Assembly: GCA_001805445.1 (NCBI GenBank)
Contig: MHGF01000028.1
Coordinates: 73,651 to 137,650 of the forward strand
Origin: Omnitrophica WOR_2 bacterium GWF2_43_52
GTDB lineage: Bacteria > Omnitrophota > Gorgyraeia > Gygaellales > UBA12090
Direction: 5' to 3'
DNA: 64,000 nt
The notes under the pieces were generated by a model. It ran no database searches and was not told the DNA's origin. It worked only from the letters and a program-made list of their open reading frames with translations. The position numbers were made by a program, and so were the translations under genes. Each line of letters opens with the position of its first letter. Position 1 is the first letter of the stretch. Shown one piece after another: positions 54,992-64,000 of the stretch.

Positions 54992-55891
54992 TCACAAAAT
55001 CAAATTATTTCGGTAGGCAGCAAATCGGCTGTTAATCTCTTTCAACGTTAAGCCAGATGTCCTTTCCAAGCCAAAACCTTCTACATTATAGGAAGCAATG
55101 ACCGTGCCATAGCCGACAGCCTTTTTGATTGTCTTCTTATTCACTGCTTGCGCCTTGGCCAGATACCCCATAAAACCTCCGGCAAATGAATCGCCCGCGC
55201 CTGTAGGATCAACCAATTTTCTCACCGGATACGCGGGCAGGGAAAAGCTTAACTCATCCGAATAAAATAAAACTCCGTGCTCGCCTTTTTTAATCACGAT
55301 CATTTTAGGCCCAAGCTTACGCAAGGCAACCGCGGCCTCAAAAAGGCTATGCTTCGCGGAGAGTTCCTTTGCCTCGGCATCATTGGCTACAAAAATATCC
55401 ACTCTCTTAAGAAGCTTAAGCAGGCTTTTCTGTTTATGCTTAATCCAATAATTCATACTGTCTAATGCCACCAGCTTAGGTGAATGTATGGAATCTAAAA
55501 GTTTTGCTTGTATATCGGGGTCAACGTTCGCGAGAAAAATATATTTCATCTTTTTCTGCTCATCGGTAATTTCCGGATGAAAAGCCGACAAAACCCCAAG
55601 TTCCGTATTTAAGGTAAGCGCGGCATTCATATCGCCATGATATTCACCCTCCCAACGGAAAGTCCGGCCTGATTCTTTTTTTAATGAAGCAGTAACAATC
55701 CCCTTTCTTCTCAAAAAGTCAATGTGCTCGGAGGGAAAATCTTCTCCTACCACTGCTACTAAATTGACAGGGATAAAAAAACGCGCTGCCATAGAAAAAT
55801 GCGCGGCTGAACCCCCAAGCATATTCGTTTTCTTCCCATGCGGAGTCTTCACGGTATCTAACGCTACTGTCCCTAACACAATTAAACTCAT
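54992..55891 (-). CDS. PfkB family carbohydrate/nucleoside kinase
   Basis: LGGSA, KKGEHG, DPTGAGDSFAGG. Confidence 0.92.
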   Translation of the reverse strand: MSLIVLGTVALDTVKTPHGKKTNMLGGSAAHFSMAARFFIPVNLVAVVGEDFPSEHIDFLRRKGIVTASLKKESGRTFRWEGEYHGDMNAALTLNTELGVLSAFHPEITDEQKKMKYIFLANVDPDIQAKLLDSIHSPKLVALDSMNYWIKHKQKSLLKLLKRVDIFVANDAEAKELSAKHSLFEAAVALRKLGPKMIVIKKGEHGVLFYSDELSFSLPAYPVRKLVDPTGAGDSFAGGFMGYLAKAQAVNKKTIKKAVGYGTVIASYNVEGFGLERTSGLTLKEINSRFAAYRNNLIL

Positions 55892-55925
55892 CGCGTTTCT
55901 CCTTGTATACTATGTGTCATTAACC

Positions 55926-56122
55926 ATGTCACATGCGGGAATTAGGTAATCGGGAAATTAGGATCTGGTTATTTGGATATCCGGATATTGGGAAGAAAAT
56001 ATCAGTTTTTCTCCAAATCCCCAAATCTCCCAGTCCCCTAATCCAAATTTCCTAATAACCCAATATCCCTGCCTGCGGCTCGCCTCACGGCGAAGCCGTG
56101 GGCAGGCAGGCGCTTTTAACAT
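55926..56122. mobile_element. MITE-like element, family B, with a nested palindrome at 56068-56110
   Basis: atgtcacatgcggga...atatc[cctgcctgc..gcaggcagg]cgcttttaacat. Confidence 0.55.
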
Positions 56123-56142
56123 ATTAGCCCTGTCTCTCTTAC

Positions 56143-56535
56143 CTATAAACTGACATTGACTGTTGGCGCCTGCGTAAGCGTGTTATGCACCGGGCAATTC
56201 TTCACAAATTCTAAAAGCGCCTCTTTTCTTCTGGAGTCTATATCCGCGCCTTTCAATTCAATTATAACATCAATCGTTTTCAAATAACGCGGGGATTCCT
56301 TACAAATATCCGACTTTACGTTGATAGAAAAATTATCAAACTTTATCTTCGCGCCGCGTAAGTACCGCTCCAAATATACGGCAAGGCAGCTGCCAAGAGA
56401 TGCTAAAAACAGCGCCGGCGGCGTTATCCCATCTATCGAACCGTCTGGCTTGGGAAAATCAACAGCCACTTCGTAACCAAGGGAGGTGACTTTATATTTT
56501 GAACTGCTTTGATAACCTACAGCTACTTCATACAT
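56143..56535 (-). CDS. OsmC-like protein
   Basis: PPALFLASLGSC, CPVHNTL. Confidence 0.88.
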   Translation of the reverse strand: MYEVAVGYQSSSKYKVTSLGYEVAVDFPKPDGSIDGITPPALFLASLGSCLAVYLERYLRGAKIKFDNFSINVKSDICKESPRYLKTIDVIIELKGADIDSRRKEALLEFVKNCPVHNTLTQAPTVNVSL

Positions 56536-56575
56536 ATAATTATTCAGTTAATATCAATTAACAATCAATCATTTA

Positions 56576-56689
56576 GCGTCTATGGTCTCAGCCGTAAGCT
56601 GATCCGCCTGAGGCGGAGATGGTCAATAGTCAATGGGCAGTAAGGGGAAAACTATGGGCTATCGACCATAGGCTATAGACTATCGACCC
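56576..56689. repeat. Inverted heptamer-repeat hairpin with inserted small palindromes
   Basis: gtctatggt..ggtcaatagtcaatgg / ctatgggctatcgaccataggctatagactatcgaccc; nested tccgcctgaggcgga. Confidence 0.6.
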
Positions 56690-56693
56690 TTAC

Positions 56694-57308
56694 TTATCTT
56701 TTCTTATCTAAAAACTCCCGCATATCTTCTGGCAATTCAGCCTGGAAGCTCATCCGCTTGCCGCTTACCGGATGGGTAAATTCAATATCCGAAGCGTGCA
56801 AGGCAACCCTTCTAAACTTTATATTAAAATCCCTGGCAAAGGCAAAACGCCTTTCCCCTACCAAAGGATGGCCTATCTGCTTAAAATGTATGCGTATTTG
56901 ATTAGTCCTGCCGGTAACCGGAATAACCTCTACGACTGAAAAATCTTTCCTGAATTCTAATACTTTATATTTAGTTAACGCTTGTTTAGCCGCTTCACAG
57001 GGATTATCTCTGACCTTTTTGTCTATCACCGCGTTCTTGTGAGGCAATCTGCCGTGCGCGAAGGCAATATAACGCTTCTTTACCGTATGTTTCCTAAACT
57101 CATCCATCAAAATTTTTTGGATTTCGCTTGTTTTGGCAAAAAGGATGACTCCCGAGGTTTCCCGGTCAAGCCTATGCGCCGGATACGCGCCGAGCAAGGA
57201 ACTAAGGGTATATTTCTCTTTTTTGGGAGTAGCCACTGTGAGCAAGCCCGAAGGCTTATCCACCACCACAATAGCTTCATCCTCAAAAAGTATTTTATAC
57301 TTACTCAC
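56694..57308 (-). CDS. RluA-family pseudouridine synthase
   Basis: DKPSGL, HRLDRETSG, TGRTNQIRIH, LHA. Confidence 0.92.
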   Translation of the reverse strand: MSKYKILFEDEAIVVVDKPSGLLTVATPKKEKYTLSSLLGAYPAHRLDRETSGVILFAKTSEIQKILMDEFRKHTVKKRYIAFAHGRLPHKNAVIDKKVRDNPCEAAKQALTKYKVLEFRKDFSVVEVIPVTGRTNQIRIHFKQIGHPLVGERRFAFARDFNIKFRRVALHASDIEFTHPVSGKRMSFQAELPEDMREFLDKKR

Positions 57309-57388
57309 GTTGAAGCATTATAACATCAAAAAGTTTACTTTGCATATAAATTCTGGAGAGAATATTTGGGAAATATAAAGAAAAGCGG

Positions 57389-58138
57389 TTAAGCACAGCC
57401 ATGCCCCGCGCACCGGCTATGTTCCTCTTTGAGGCGCTCGTGGAGGGTTTTTTCTAAGGCAAGAGACTGATTAAGGGTATCAATATGGCGCTCCAGGTCT
57501 TCGTACTGCTCCTTGAGCCCCTGATACATTTCTTGAGTAGAGTGAAGTTCCGCGGTGAGTTTTTCAGCACTTTCCTTGGCGCTTTGCGCTTCATGGCGGG
57601 ATTTCTCTTTCTCTGATATTTCTTTTTTACACGTTTCTTCAGAAATTGCTAAATCCTGTTTAAGCTTATTTACCAGGCAAATCTCTTTTTCTTTGGTATC
57701 AAGCTGGATTTTCAGCGTCCCGGCCTGGCCTTGTACGTTACGTAACTCAAGCAGGAGCTTCTCCTTAGCGTCAATTTCATTGCGAAGAGCCTCTTCTTTC
57801 TGGCGCAATTCCGCTTCCTTGCTGCTAAGCTCTTCTTCTTTTATTTTAGCCAGTGATTCTATCTGATGTGCCTGGGCATCAAGTTGCAGCTTAAGGCTAT
57901 CAATTGACTTTAAAAGCCCGTTATTTTTGGCTTCGTATTCCGTAGACTGCTTCTGCCAGGATTGGGTAAGCCGCCGTTTCTCATCTTCTTCTTGCCGCGA
58001 CTGTTTTGCCGCCTGCTTGCTGAAAACAAAAATCACTAAAATTGAAACACCGATAAGGCTCCCTAAGAAAGCCTTAAAGATTACAGGCTGAAAAAGTATT
58101 TCGCTGATTTGTAAAATCATTGATAGAACCGCGTCCAT
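57389..58138 (-). CDS. Membrane-anchored coiled-coil protein
   Basis: N-terminal TM helix, long E/K/Q heptad region. Confidence 0.65.
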   Translation of the reverse strand: MDAVLSMILQISEILFQPVIFKAFLGSLIGVSILVIFVFSKQAAKQSRQEEDEKRRLTQSWQKQSTEYEAKNNGLLKSIDSLKLQLDAQAHQIESLAKIKEEELSSKEAELRQKEEALRNEIDAKEKLLLELRNVQGQAGTLKIQLDTKEKEICLVNKLKQDLAISEETCKKEISEKEKSRHEAQSAKESAEKLTAELHSTQEMYQGLKEQYEDLERHIDTLNQSLALEKTLHERLKEEHSRCAGHGCA

Positions 58139-58144
58139 AAGAAG

Positions 58145-58196
58145 AAAAAAATCAGCCCTTCCCGCAGAGTGTATCTCTTTTTAGAAAGGGCTGATA
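58145..58196 (-). terminator. Intrinsic terminator
   Basis: atcagccctt..aagggctgat followed by a T tract on the - strand. Confidence 0.6.
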
Positions 58197-58200
58197 ATTA

Positions 58201-58881
58201 TTATTTCTTTGCTTTTAGCTTATTCAAGAATTCCTGTGTAAGCTTTGCCGCGATATCCCTGCAGCCAAGCCCAAAAGCTAAAGCAAATGCTAAACCCACA
58301 GAACCCAAAATAATCACAAAGGCATGCTCTATGCCACCTATATCAATCTGTAACTGCCTCAAAGAAATATCTATGGCAAAAACCACAATAATAGCTTGTG
58401 CCAGATGCCCAAAAAGAGTAGATTGCTCTATCCCCGTATTAGCCGCGGCAGTCTGCACGCTAGAATTAACAAATGAAGCAAAAAATAACCCTAAGACAAG
58501 AATAAAAATAGCTGAGATAACCCTCGGGATGTAAAGGACAATGGTATTAAGTAATCCTGCTGCCTGCTGGTTTAAATTAACCGCGCTCATCGCGATGACC
58601 AAGGAAATAAGCATAACCACCCAATACGTTAAAACCCCAATCAACTCTGAGATACTGTATTTGATCCCGCCTTTGGCAAGAATTTTATCAACACCCACTC
58701 TTTCCGCGTAGGAATCAATCTGCAGGATATCCAAGATACGGATGATTAAATTCTTTATAACTTTCGCGATAATCCAACCCACAAGCAAAACAAGAATTAC
58801 CGCCCCTAGCGCAGACACAAAATTACCTACTTGCGTAAGCATGTTTTTTACAGGGTCTAGAAATAATTCCTCTATCATCAT
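58201..58881 (-). CDS. CmpX / TM_helix-repeat membrane protein
   Basis: YIPRVISAIFIL, ALAFGLG.RDIA. Confidence 0.8.
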   Translation of the reverse strand: MMIEELFLDPVKNMLTQVGNFVSALGAVILVLLVGWIIAKVIKNLIIRILDILQIDSYAERVGVDKILAKGGIKYSISELIGVLTYWVVMLISLVIAMSAVNLNQQAAGLLNTIVLYIPRVISAIFILVLGLFFASFVNSSVQTAAANTGIEQSTLFGHLAQAIIVVFAIDISLRQLQIDIGGIEHAFVIILGSVGLAFALAFGLGCRDIAAKLTQEFLNKLKAKK

Positions 58882-59079
58882 CCACCTCCCGTGAATCCTG
58901 ACACAAGGTCAGGGTGCCTTGGGTTTTATGTTTTGCCTTATTTCGCAAAACACATTCATTAGCTTTAACTTTAACAGAATAAATATGTTATGTCAATATA
59001 AAATTACGAAGGGTATGAAGTGAATTTTACCCGAAAGCCCCAAGATAGAAGTACTTACCATCTGAAGCCTCCCCTTCTA

Positions 59080-59895
59080 TCAGGGTAAATCAAATCTCAT
59101 TCCATCATAAGCAGCAATCACCTCTGTATGCAATTCATTCGATAATTCTTGCGCTAACACATGCGGCTTATGGGCAAGCATAGTCATTCCGAAATGAGTC
59201 AAAATCGCGGCCTCTGGCTTAATCTTTTTGATAATTTCCTTCGCGTCTATGAAGCTTAAATGCTCAACTCCCGGGCGCTCCTCATAGAAAACCACATTGA
59301 TAATCACGATGTCCGCCTTGTAAATATCTTCTATGCCCGCGAAATATTTCGTGTCGGTTATCAAAGAAACTGTTTTTTTAAAGTCAAATCGTAAACCGTA
59401 GGTTGCCACCGGATGCTTTTGACGGGAAGGCGCGCTAAAGGCAATCTCTCCAACAGTATACGTTTTCTTTTCATCCAGAATTTCAATTCTTTCTACCACC
59501 GGGCGTAAATGCCTTAATATTACCGGCTCATCTTCCATCGCGTCCGCTGGCAGAAAGACCACCCCTCTCTTTTTAAAACCGCCTTCGGTCATTGCCTCAA
59601 TCATCACATTCACGTCGTTAGAATGGTCGAGGTGGCGGTGGGTAAGGATAATGCCGTCTAACTGGGTGGGATCCATCTTTGGCCTACTCAGCGCGCAACG
59701 CGCGATGCTCCCCGGGCCAGGGTCAATAATCACATTCGTCCCTTTATAAGAAACCCAGATACCCCCTGAGGAACGCAACTGCTTAATCATCACAAACCGC
59801 GCCCCCGCCGTCCCCAGGAATTTAATATAATTTCCCTTTTCTTTAGTGGCGGCCTTGTGACGTGGTGACCTTGTGACTTTTTTTATTTCAGCCAT
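59080..59895 (-). CDS. Metallo-beta-lactamase fold hydrolase
   Basis: FLGTAG, IDPGPG, THRHLDH, LTHFG. Confidence 0.88.
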   Translation of the reverse strand: MAEIKKVTRSPRHKAATKEKGNYIKFLGTAGARFVMIKQLRSSGGIWVSYKGTNVIIDPGPGSIARCALSRPKMDPTQLDGIILTHRHLDHSNDVNVMIEAMTEGGFKKRGVVFLPADAMEDEPVILRHLRPVVERIEILDEKKTYTVGEIAFSAPSRQKHPVATYGLRFDFKKTVSLITDTKYFAGIEDIYKADIVIINVVFYEERPGVEHLSFIDAKEIIKKIKPEAAILTHFGMTMLAHKPHVLAQELSNELHTEVIAAYDGMRFDLP

Positions 59896-60356
59896 ATTTT
59901 TTTCATTTCCTCGGTAATCTTCGCGGCGTCACAAGGATGCAGGAGAATCTTATCATCAAGGGTTTTCTTTGTTTTCGGCGGATTAAATTTCTCCATAAAT
60001 ACTTCTACGGTTTTTACCTGCGCGTTATGCTGTTGGGCAAAAAACTGAATGTCTTTGTCGTTGGTTACCACTACCATAGCCTTGGGATTTTCGGCATTTC
60101 TTACTAAATGTTTAATCGCCTCATCAGCGCTTTGGCCTTGGGTAAAAATAATCGAAAGAGAGGTACTCCCCTGGCGATAAAACATCCCCTCCTTACCGTC
60201 AAAAACAACGGTAACCCTATTACTGTGGCTCCCTTGAGGCCTAGAAACGGAAAGAAAACTCATGAGCGCCTCACGAGAATCTTCCAAACTCGCTTTATTA
60301 AACAGGCGAGTTTGTTTGATGAGATTGTAGCCGTCTATAACGAAGTGTAGAGACAT
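59883..60356 (-). CDS. NYN/YacP-like PIN-fold ribonuclease
   Basis: VIDGYNLI, VVFDG, SADEAI, VVTNDK. Confidence 0.85.
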   Translation of the reverse strand: MSLHFVIDGYNLIKQTRLFNKASLEDSREALMSFLSVSRPQGSHSNRVTVVFDGKEGMFYRQGSTSLSIIFTQGQSADEAIKHLVRNAENPKAMVVVTNDKDIQFFAQQHNAQVKTVEVFMEKFNPPKTKKTLDDKILLHPCDAAKITEEMKKIWLK

Positions 60357-61266
60357 AGATTATGCCTCCAATAAGGCCAAATACCAGGATAATCGTGAAG
60401 TTGAGAATTGACTGGGCAAGGGCTATATCTTTCGGAACGCCTGCCTTGGCATAAAAGAACACGGTTGCCGCGTCCCGTAAGCCGAGCCCTCCCAGAGAAA
60501 TAGGTAAGCTGGTAATCACGGTTATCACCGGATTAAAAATCAGAGGATATACCATATTGATGTTAACCTTTAAAGAACGTAAGATAAAATAAGACGATAC
60601 CGATGCCCCTGCCTGAATAATGATTGAATAGAATATGTTAAGGCAAACCACTGCCGGCTTTGAGCGAAAAAAATATACCTCCGCGTGCAATTTTCGGATT
60701 ACATCAAATATGCCTTTTTTCGCGTGTAATAAGCGGTTAAGCCAACGATAAATTGCGTTGTTAAATATTACTAACAATACCGCTATCAAAATCCCGGCAA
60801 AAAGAAGGAGTATCATAAGAACTGACGGCTCATTGACCAGCTTAAAACCAAAGAAAAGAGCGCTCAAGGCGACAATCACCAATCCTATGAAACCGCTGAG
60901 CCTGTCCAAGAGGACACTTGCCGCGATAAGGCTGCGGCGCTTTGTATGCAGGCCTAAATCAACGGTCCTTGCCAGGTCTCCCCCGATATTGGAGGGCAGG
61001 AATAAACTAAAGAATAACCCGCCCGCGTAGGAAACAAGGATCCGCTGTAACGGCAAGCTTACTTTCTGCGCGTCTAAGAGCATTTTCCAACGAAAGAGCA
61101 CAAATATATATAAGATAAAAAAGATTGCCATCGCGATAAAGAAATACACCACATCCAAGCGCGCGATAATCTTCAGGGAAGCGTTAAAATCAATTTTGCG
61201 AAAAAGGATATAAAGAAAAATCGCGCTTATGGCAATCCGCGCGCTAAAGGAAAGTATTTTTTTCAC
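60298..61266 (-). CDS. Lysylphosphatidylglycerol synthase TM-domain (flippase-like) protein
   Basis: RWKMLL, FLPSNIGGD, DRLSG, LPISLGGLGLRD. Confidence 0.88.
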   Translation of the reverse strand: MKKILSFSARIAISAIFLYILFRKIDFNASLKIIARLDVVYFFIAMAIFFILYIFVLFRWKMLLDAQKVSLPLQRILVSYAGGLFFSLFLPSNIGGDLARTVDLGLHTKRRSLIAASVLLDRLSGFIGLVIVALSALFFGFKLVNEPSVLMILLLFAGILIAVLLVIFNNAIYRWLNRLLHAKKGIFDVIRKLHAEVYFFRSKPAVVCLNIFYSIIIQAGASVSSYFILRSLKVNINMVYPLIFNPVITVITSLPISLGGLGLRDAATVFFYAKAGVPKDIALAQSILNFTIILVFGLIGGIIYVSTLRYRRLQSHQTNSPV

Positions 61267-62153
61267 AGCTTATTCCCGGTAAGCCGCTGGTAAGCCTCAA
61301 GGTATTTTTCGGATGTTTTATCCACAATCTCCTGAGGAAGCGCGGGAGGGGGAGGATTTTTGTCCCAGCCTATTGACTCAAGATAATCACGCACAAACTG
61401 TTTGTCAAAACTCATCTGCCCCTGCCCACGACGGTAGGTATCCCCTGGCCAAAAGCGCGAAGAATCAGGGGTCAAAACTTCATCAATAAGAATAATTTCG
61501 TTTTGGAAAATGCCAAATTCAAACTTGGTGTCGGCGATAATGATGCCTTGGGTTAACGCGTGCTCGGCCGCCTTTTTATATACGGCGAGAGCTTTTTCCT
61601 TTACCTCTTGAAAAATATTGTCACCAACGATTTTCTTTGCCTCTTCCTCATTGATATTGATATCGTGGCCCTCCTCCGCCTTAGTTGAAGGCGTGAAAAT
61701 GGCTTGAGGAAGCCTTTCAGATTCTTTAAGCCCTACAGGCAGGGAAAAGCCGCAGGCAGTGCCTTTGGTTTGATACTCTTTCCATGCCGAGCCTGAGATA
61801 TAGCCTCGGACAATACACTCTATTGCCAAGGGCTTGGTTTTTTTCACTATCATTGAACGCTTCTCTAAAGAATCCCTATACTTCATTAATTCCTTGGGGT
61901 ATTCATCTATAGCCGCAGTAAGTAAATGATTCTTGACGATATCCTTGGTAAAATTAAACCAAAACCAAGACATCTGATTTAAGACAATGCCTTTATAAGG
62001 AATCGGCGTAGGGAGCACTACATCAAAGCAGGAAATCCTGTCCGTAGCCACGATCAAGAGGCTATCCCCCAAATCATAAACATCCCTCACCTTGCCCCGG
62101 CGGAATAATTTCAAATCCTTAAACTCTGTTTTTAATAAAGTATTATCTCTCAT
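61263..62153 (-). CDS. purC: SAICAR synthetase
   Basis: RGKVRDVY, ATDRIS, ADTKFEFG, DEVLTPDSSRFW, DKQFVRD. Confidence 0.97.
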   Translation of the reverse strand: MRDNTLLKTEFKDLKLFRRGKVRDVYDLGDSLLIVATDRISCFDVVLPTPIPYKGIVLNQMSWFWFNFTKDIVKNHLLTAAIDEYPKELMKYRDSLEKRSMIVKKTKPLAIECIVRGYISGSAWKEYQTKGTACGFSLPVGLKESERLPQAIFTPSTKAEEGHDININEEEAKKIVGDNIFQEVKEKALAVYKKAAEHALTQGIIIADTKFEFGIFQNEIILIDEVLTPDSSRFWPGDTYRRGQGQMSFDKQFVRDYLESIGWDKNPPPPALPQEIVDKTSEKYLEAYQRLTGNKL

Positions 62154-62158
62154 CTTCT

Positions 62159-62227
62159 GAATTAGGGACAGACACTAATTATCCGCGCACAACTCTTGAA
62201 CTAATAATTAGTGTCTGTCCCTAATTC
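62159..62227. repeat. REPIN-like element with perfect 24-bp arms; contains the pckG stop codon
   Basis: gaattagggacagacactaattat / ataattagtgtctgtccctaattc. Confidence 0.75.
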
Positions 62228-63999
62228 CTTAATCTTTCTTCGAGCGACTCATACTCCTGCCATAACTCTGGAGGCAAGTCCTTCTTAAACTGCCCGAAGA
62301 ATTCTTTTATGCCTTTTAACTCCTCAAGCCACTCTTTTTTATTAATCGCGAGAAGTTTCTCTAAAGCCAAAGGCGCAAGAGGCAATCCCATCATATCAAT
62401 ATCCGCCACTCGCGGAATAAACCCAATAGGCGCTCTTACCGCGTCCATCTTATTATTGCAGCGATCAAGTATCCACTCTAAGACTCTTAAGTTCTCACCG
62501 TAGCCCGGCCATAAGAATTCTCCCTTTTCATCGGTCCTAAACCAGTTCACGTGAAATATCTTTGGTGGATGAATCATACGTTTCCCCATTGAAAGCCAAT
62601 GCGCGAAATACTCCGCCATATTATAACCGCAAAAAGGAAGCATTGCCATAGGGTCGCGCCTGACCTGCCCGACCTTGCCTGCTTGTGCCGCGGTGGTTTC
62701 CGAGGCCATAGCCGCTCCCACAAACACCCCATGCTGCCAATTAAATGACTCATACACCAAAGGAGCCAAATGCGCCCTGCGGCCGCCGAATACAATCGCG
62801 GAAATAGGCACACCGTGATGCTGTTCAAGGCGAAATGAAGCCGACGGACAATTCATAATCGGCGTAGTGAACCTACTATTTGGATGAGCGCCTCTTATAA
62901 TGTTTCTATCACCATCTAACATCCCCGGTTTCCAAAGCCTGCCCTGCCAATCGACACCCTCAGCGGGGACATCCCCATCCGCTCCTTCCCACCAGACTGT
63001 TTTATCATGCTTCAGAAGCACATTGGTGTATATAGTATTCTTTTGAATAGTCTTTACCATCGTGGGGTTAGTCTTTGAATTTGTCCCCGGGGCAACCCCG
63101 AAAAATCCCGCCTCAGGGTTAATTGCCCACAGCGCGCCGTCTGAGTCAATGCGCATCCATGCAATATCATCACCCACAGTCCAGATTCTATAGCCTTTTC
63201 GCTTAAGCCCTTCAGGAGGAATAAGCATGGCCAAGTTAGTCTTACCGCAGGCGCTGGGAAATGCCGCGGCAATATACTTAATATGGCCGTCAGGCTCTTC
63301 AATCCCCATAATCAGCATATGCTCAGCCAGCCATTCTTCGCGTTTGCCCAAATAGCTTGCGATACGCAGCGACAAACATTTCTTCCCTAACAATACATTC
63401 CCGCCATAGCCTGAGCCCACGCTCCAGATCGCATTATCTTCTGGAAAATGTAAAATCAGCCTTTTATTTATATCTAATTCTGCCTTTGAGTGTAAACACT
63501 TGGTAAAATCACCGTCTTTACCTAAGTGCTTCAACACTGACTCGCCGACTCTTGTCATAATGAGCATATTCAAGACTACATAAATTGAATCGGTTAATTC
63601 CACGCCAATCTTGCTAAACGGAGAGCCTACAGGGCCCATAGAAAAAGGAATCACATACATTACCCTGCCCTTCATCGCGCCCTTAAAAATACTTTCCGCC
63701 TTTTTATATGCCTCGACAGGCGGCATCCAGTTATTGGTAGGGCCGGCATCGCGCTTTTGGCTTGTGCAGATAAACGTAAGATGTTCGGTGCGGGCGACAT
63801 CGTCCTTTGCCGAGCGATGATAGAAACAACCGGGGAGCTTTTCCTGATTCAGCTGGAGGATTTCACCCGTAGTCAAAGCTTCCTTCTCCAAAATCTTTTT
63901 CTGGTGCTCTGAGCCGTCAATCCAGGCAATACTGTCGGGTTTACACAGTGCTGCCATCTGTTTAACCCAGCTGATTAATTTTTTATGAGTAGTAGGATA
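62221..63999 (-). CDS. pckG: Phosphoenolpyruvate carboxykinase (GTP), 5' end beyond the window
   Basis: GSGYGGN, AFPSACGKTNLAM, GDDIAW, HPNSRF, DPMAMLPFCGY; frame stays open to the window edge. Confidence 0.96.
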   Translation of the reverse strand, partial: YPTTHKKLISWVKQMAALCKPDSIAWIDGSEHQKKILEKEALTTGEILQLNQEKLPGCFYHRSAKDDVARTEHLTFICTSQKRDAGPTNNWMPPVEAYKKAESIFKGAMKGRVMYVIPFSMGPVGSPFSKIGVELTDSIYVVLNMLIMTRVGESVLKHLGKDGDFTKCLHSKAELDINKRLILHFPEDNAIWSVGSGYGGNVLLGKKCLSLRIASYLGKREEWLAEHMLIMGIEEPDGHIKYIAAAFPSACGKTNLAMLIPPEGLKRKGYRIWTVGDDIAWMRIDSDGALWAINPEAGFFGVAPGTNSKTNPTMVKTIQKNTIYTNVLLKHDKTVWWEGADGDVPAEGVDWQGRLWKPGMLDGDRNIIRGAHPNSRFTTPIMNCPSASFRLEQHHGVPISAIVFGGRRAHLAPLVYESFNWQHGVFVGAAMASETTAAQAGKVGQVRRDPMAMLPFCGYNMAEYFAHWLSMGKRMIHPPKIFHVNWFRTDEKGEFLWPGYGENLRVLEWILDRCNNKMDAVRAPIGFIPRVADIDMMGLPLAPLALEKLLAINKKEWLEELKGIKEFFGQFKKDLPPELWQEYESLEERLRN

Positions 64000-64000
64000 T

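Noticed and set aside
356-63820. Numerous 60-200 aa antisense or overlapping ORFs
   Set aside because: They are shadows of well-supported genes, with no RBS or recognisable motifs.

Overview
This is a 64-kb bacterial chromosomal segment with most genes on the - strand. Gene content and style (Wood-Ljungdahl acs genes, a large secreted modular protein with a C-terminal GGxDF motif) suggest Ca. Omnitrophota, which is an inference only. The housekeeping blocks are pckG-purC..aroA, yebC-ruvC-ruvA-scpB-pheA-hisC-aroF-tyrA-cmk-lepA-lepB-pgsA-plsY, gatCAB-ctpA-tsaD, larB-acsC-acsV-cooC-acsD-acsE-tRNA(CAU), and tilS-ftsH-folP-cdaA-pdxJ-acpS-nnrD. Five features stand out. (1) tRNA-Tyr(GUA) is split by a 214-nt ORF-less group I intron inside the anticodon (GU^A), downstream of a free-standing I-Ssp6803I-like PD-(D/E)XK endonuclease gene and tRNA-Thr. 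(2) An unrecognised promoter-hairpin(UAUGGAGGUA)-terminator RNA occurs twice, each copy in front of a surface/secreted-protein locus. (3) A chaperone-usher-like pilus locus sits next to a convergent 'donor-strand-only' small gene controlled by a c-di-GMP-I riboswitch. (4) A 1500-aa secreted modular protein carries a circularly permuted triosephosphate-isomerase-like domain. (5) MITE-like, REPIN-like and 7/8-mer repeat elements are dense, and several repeats lie in frame inside housekeeping proteins. All calls come from reading the sequence by eye; no searches were run.
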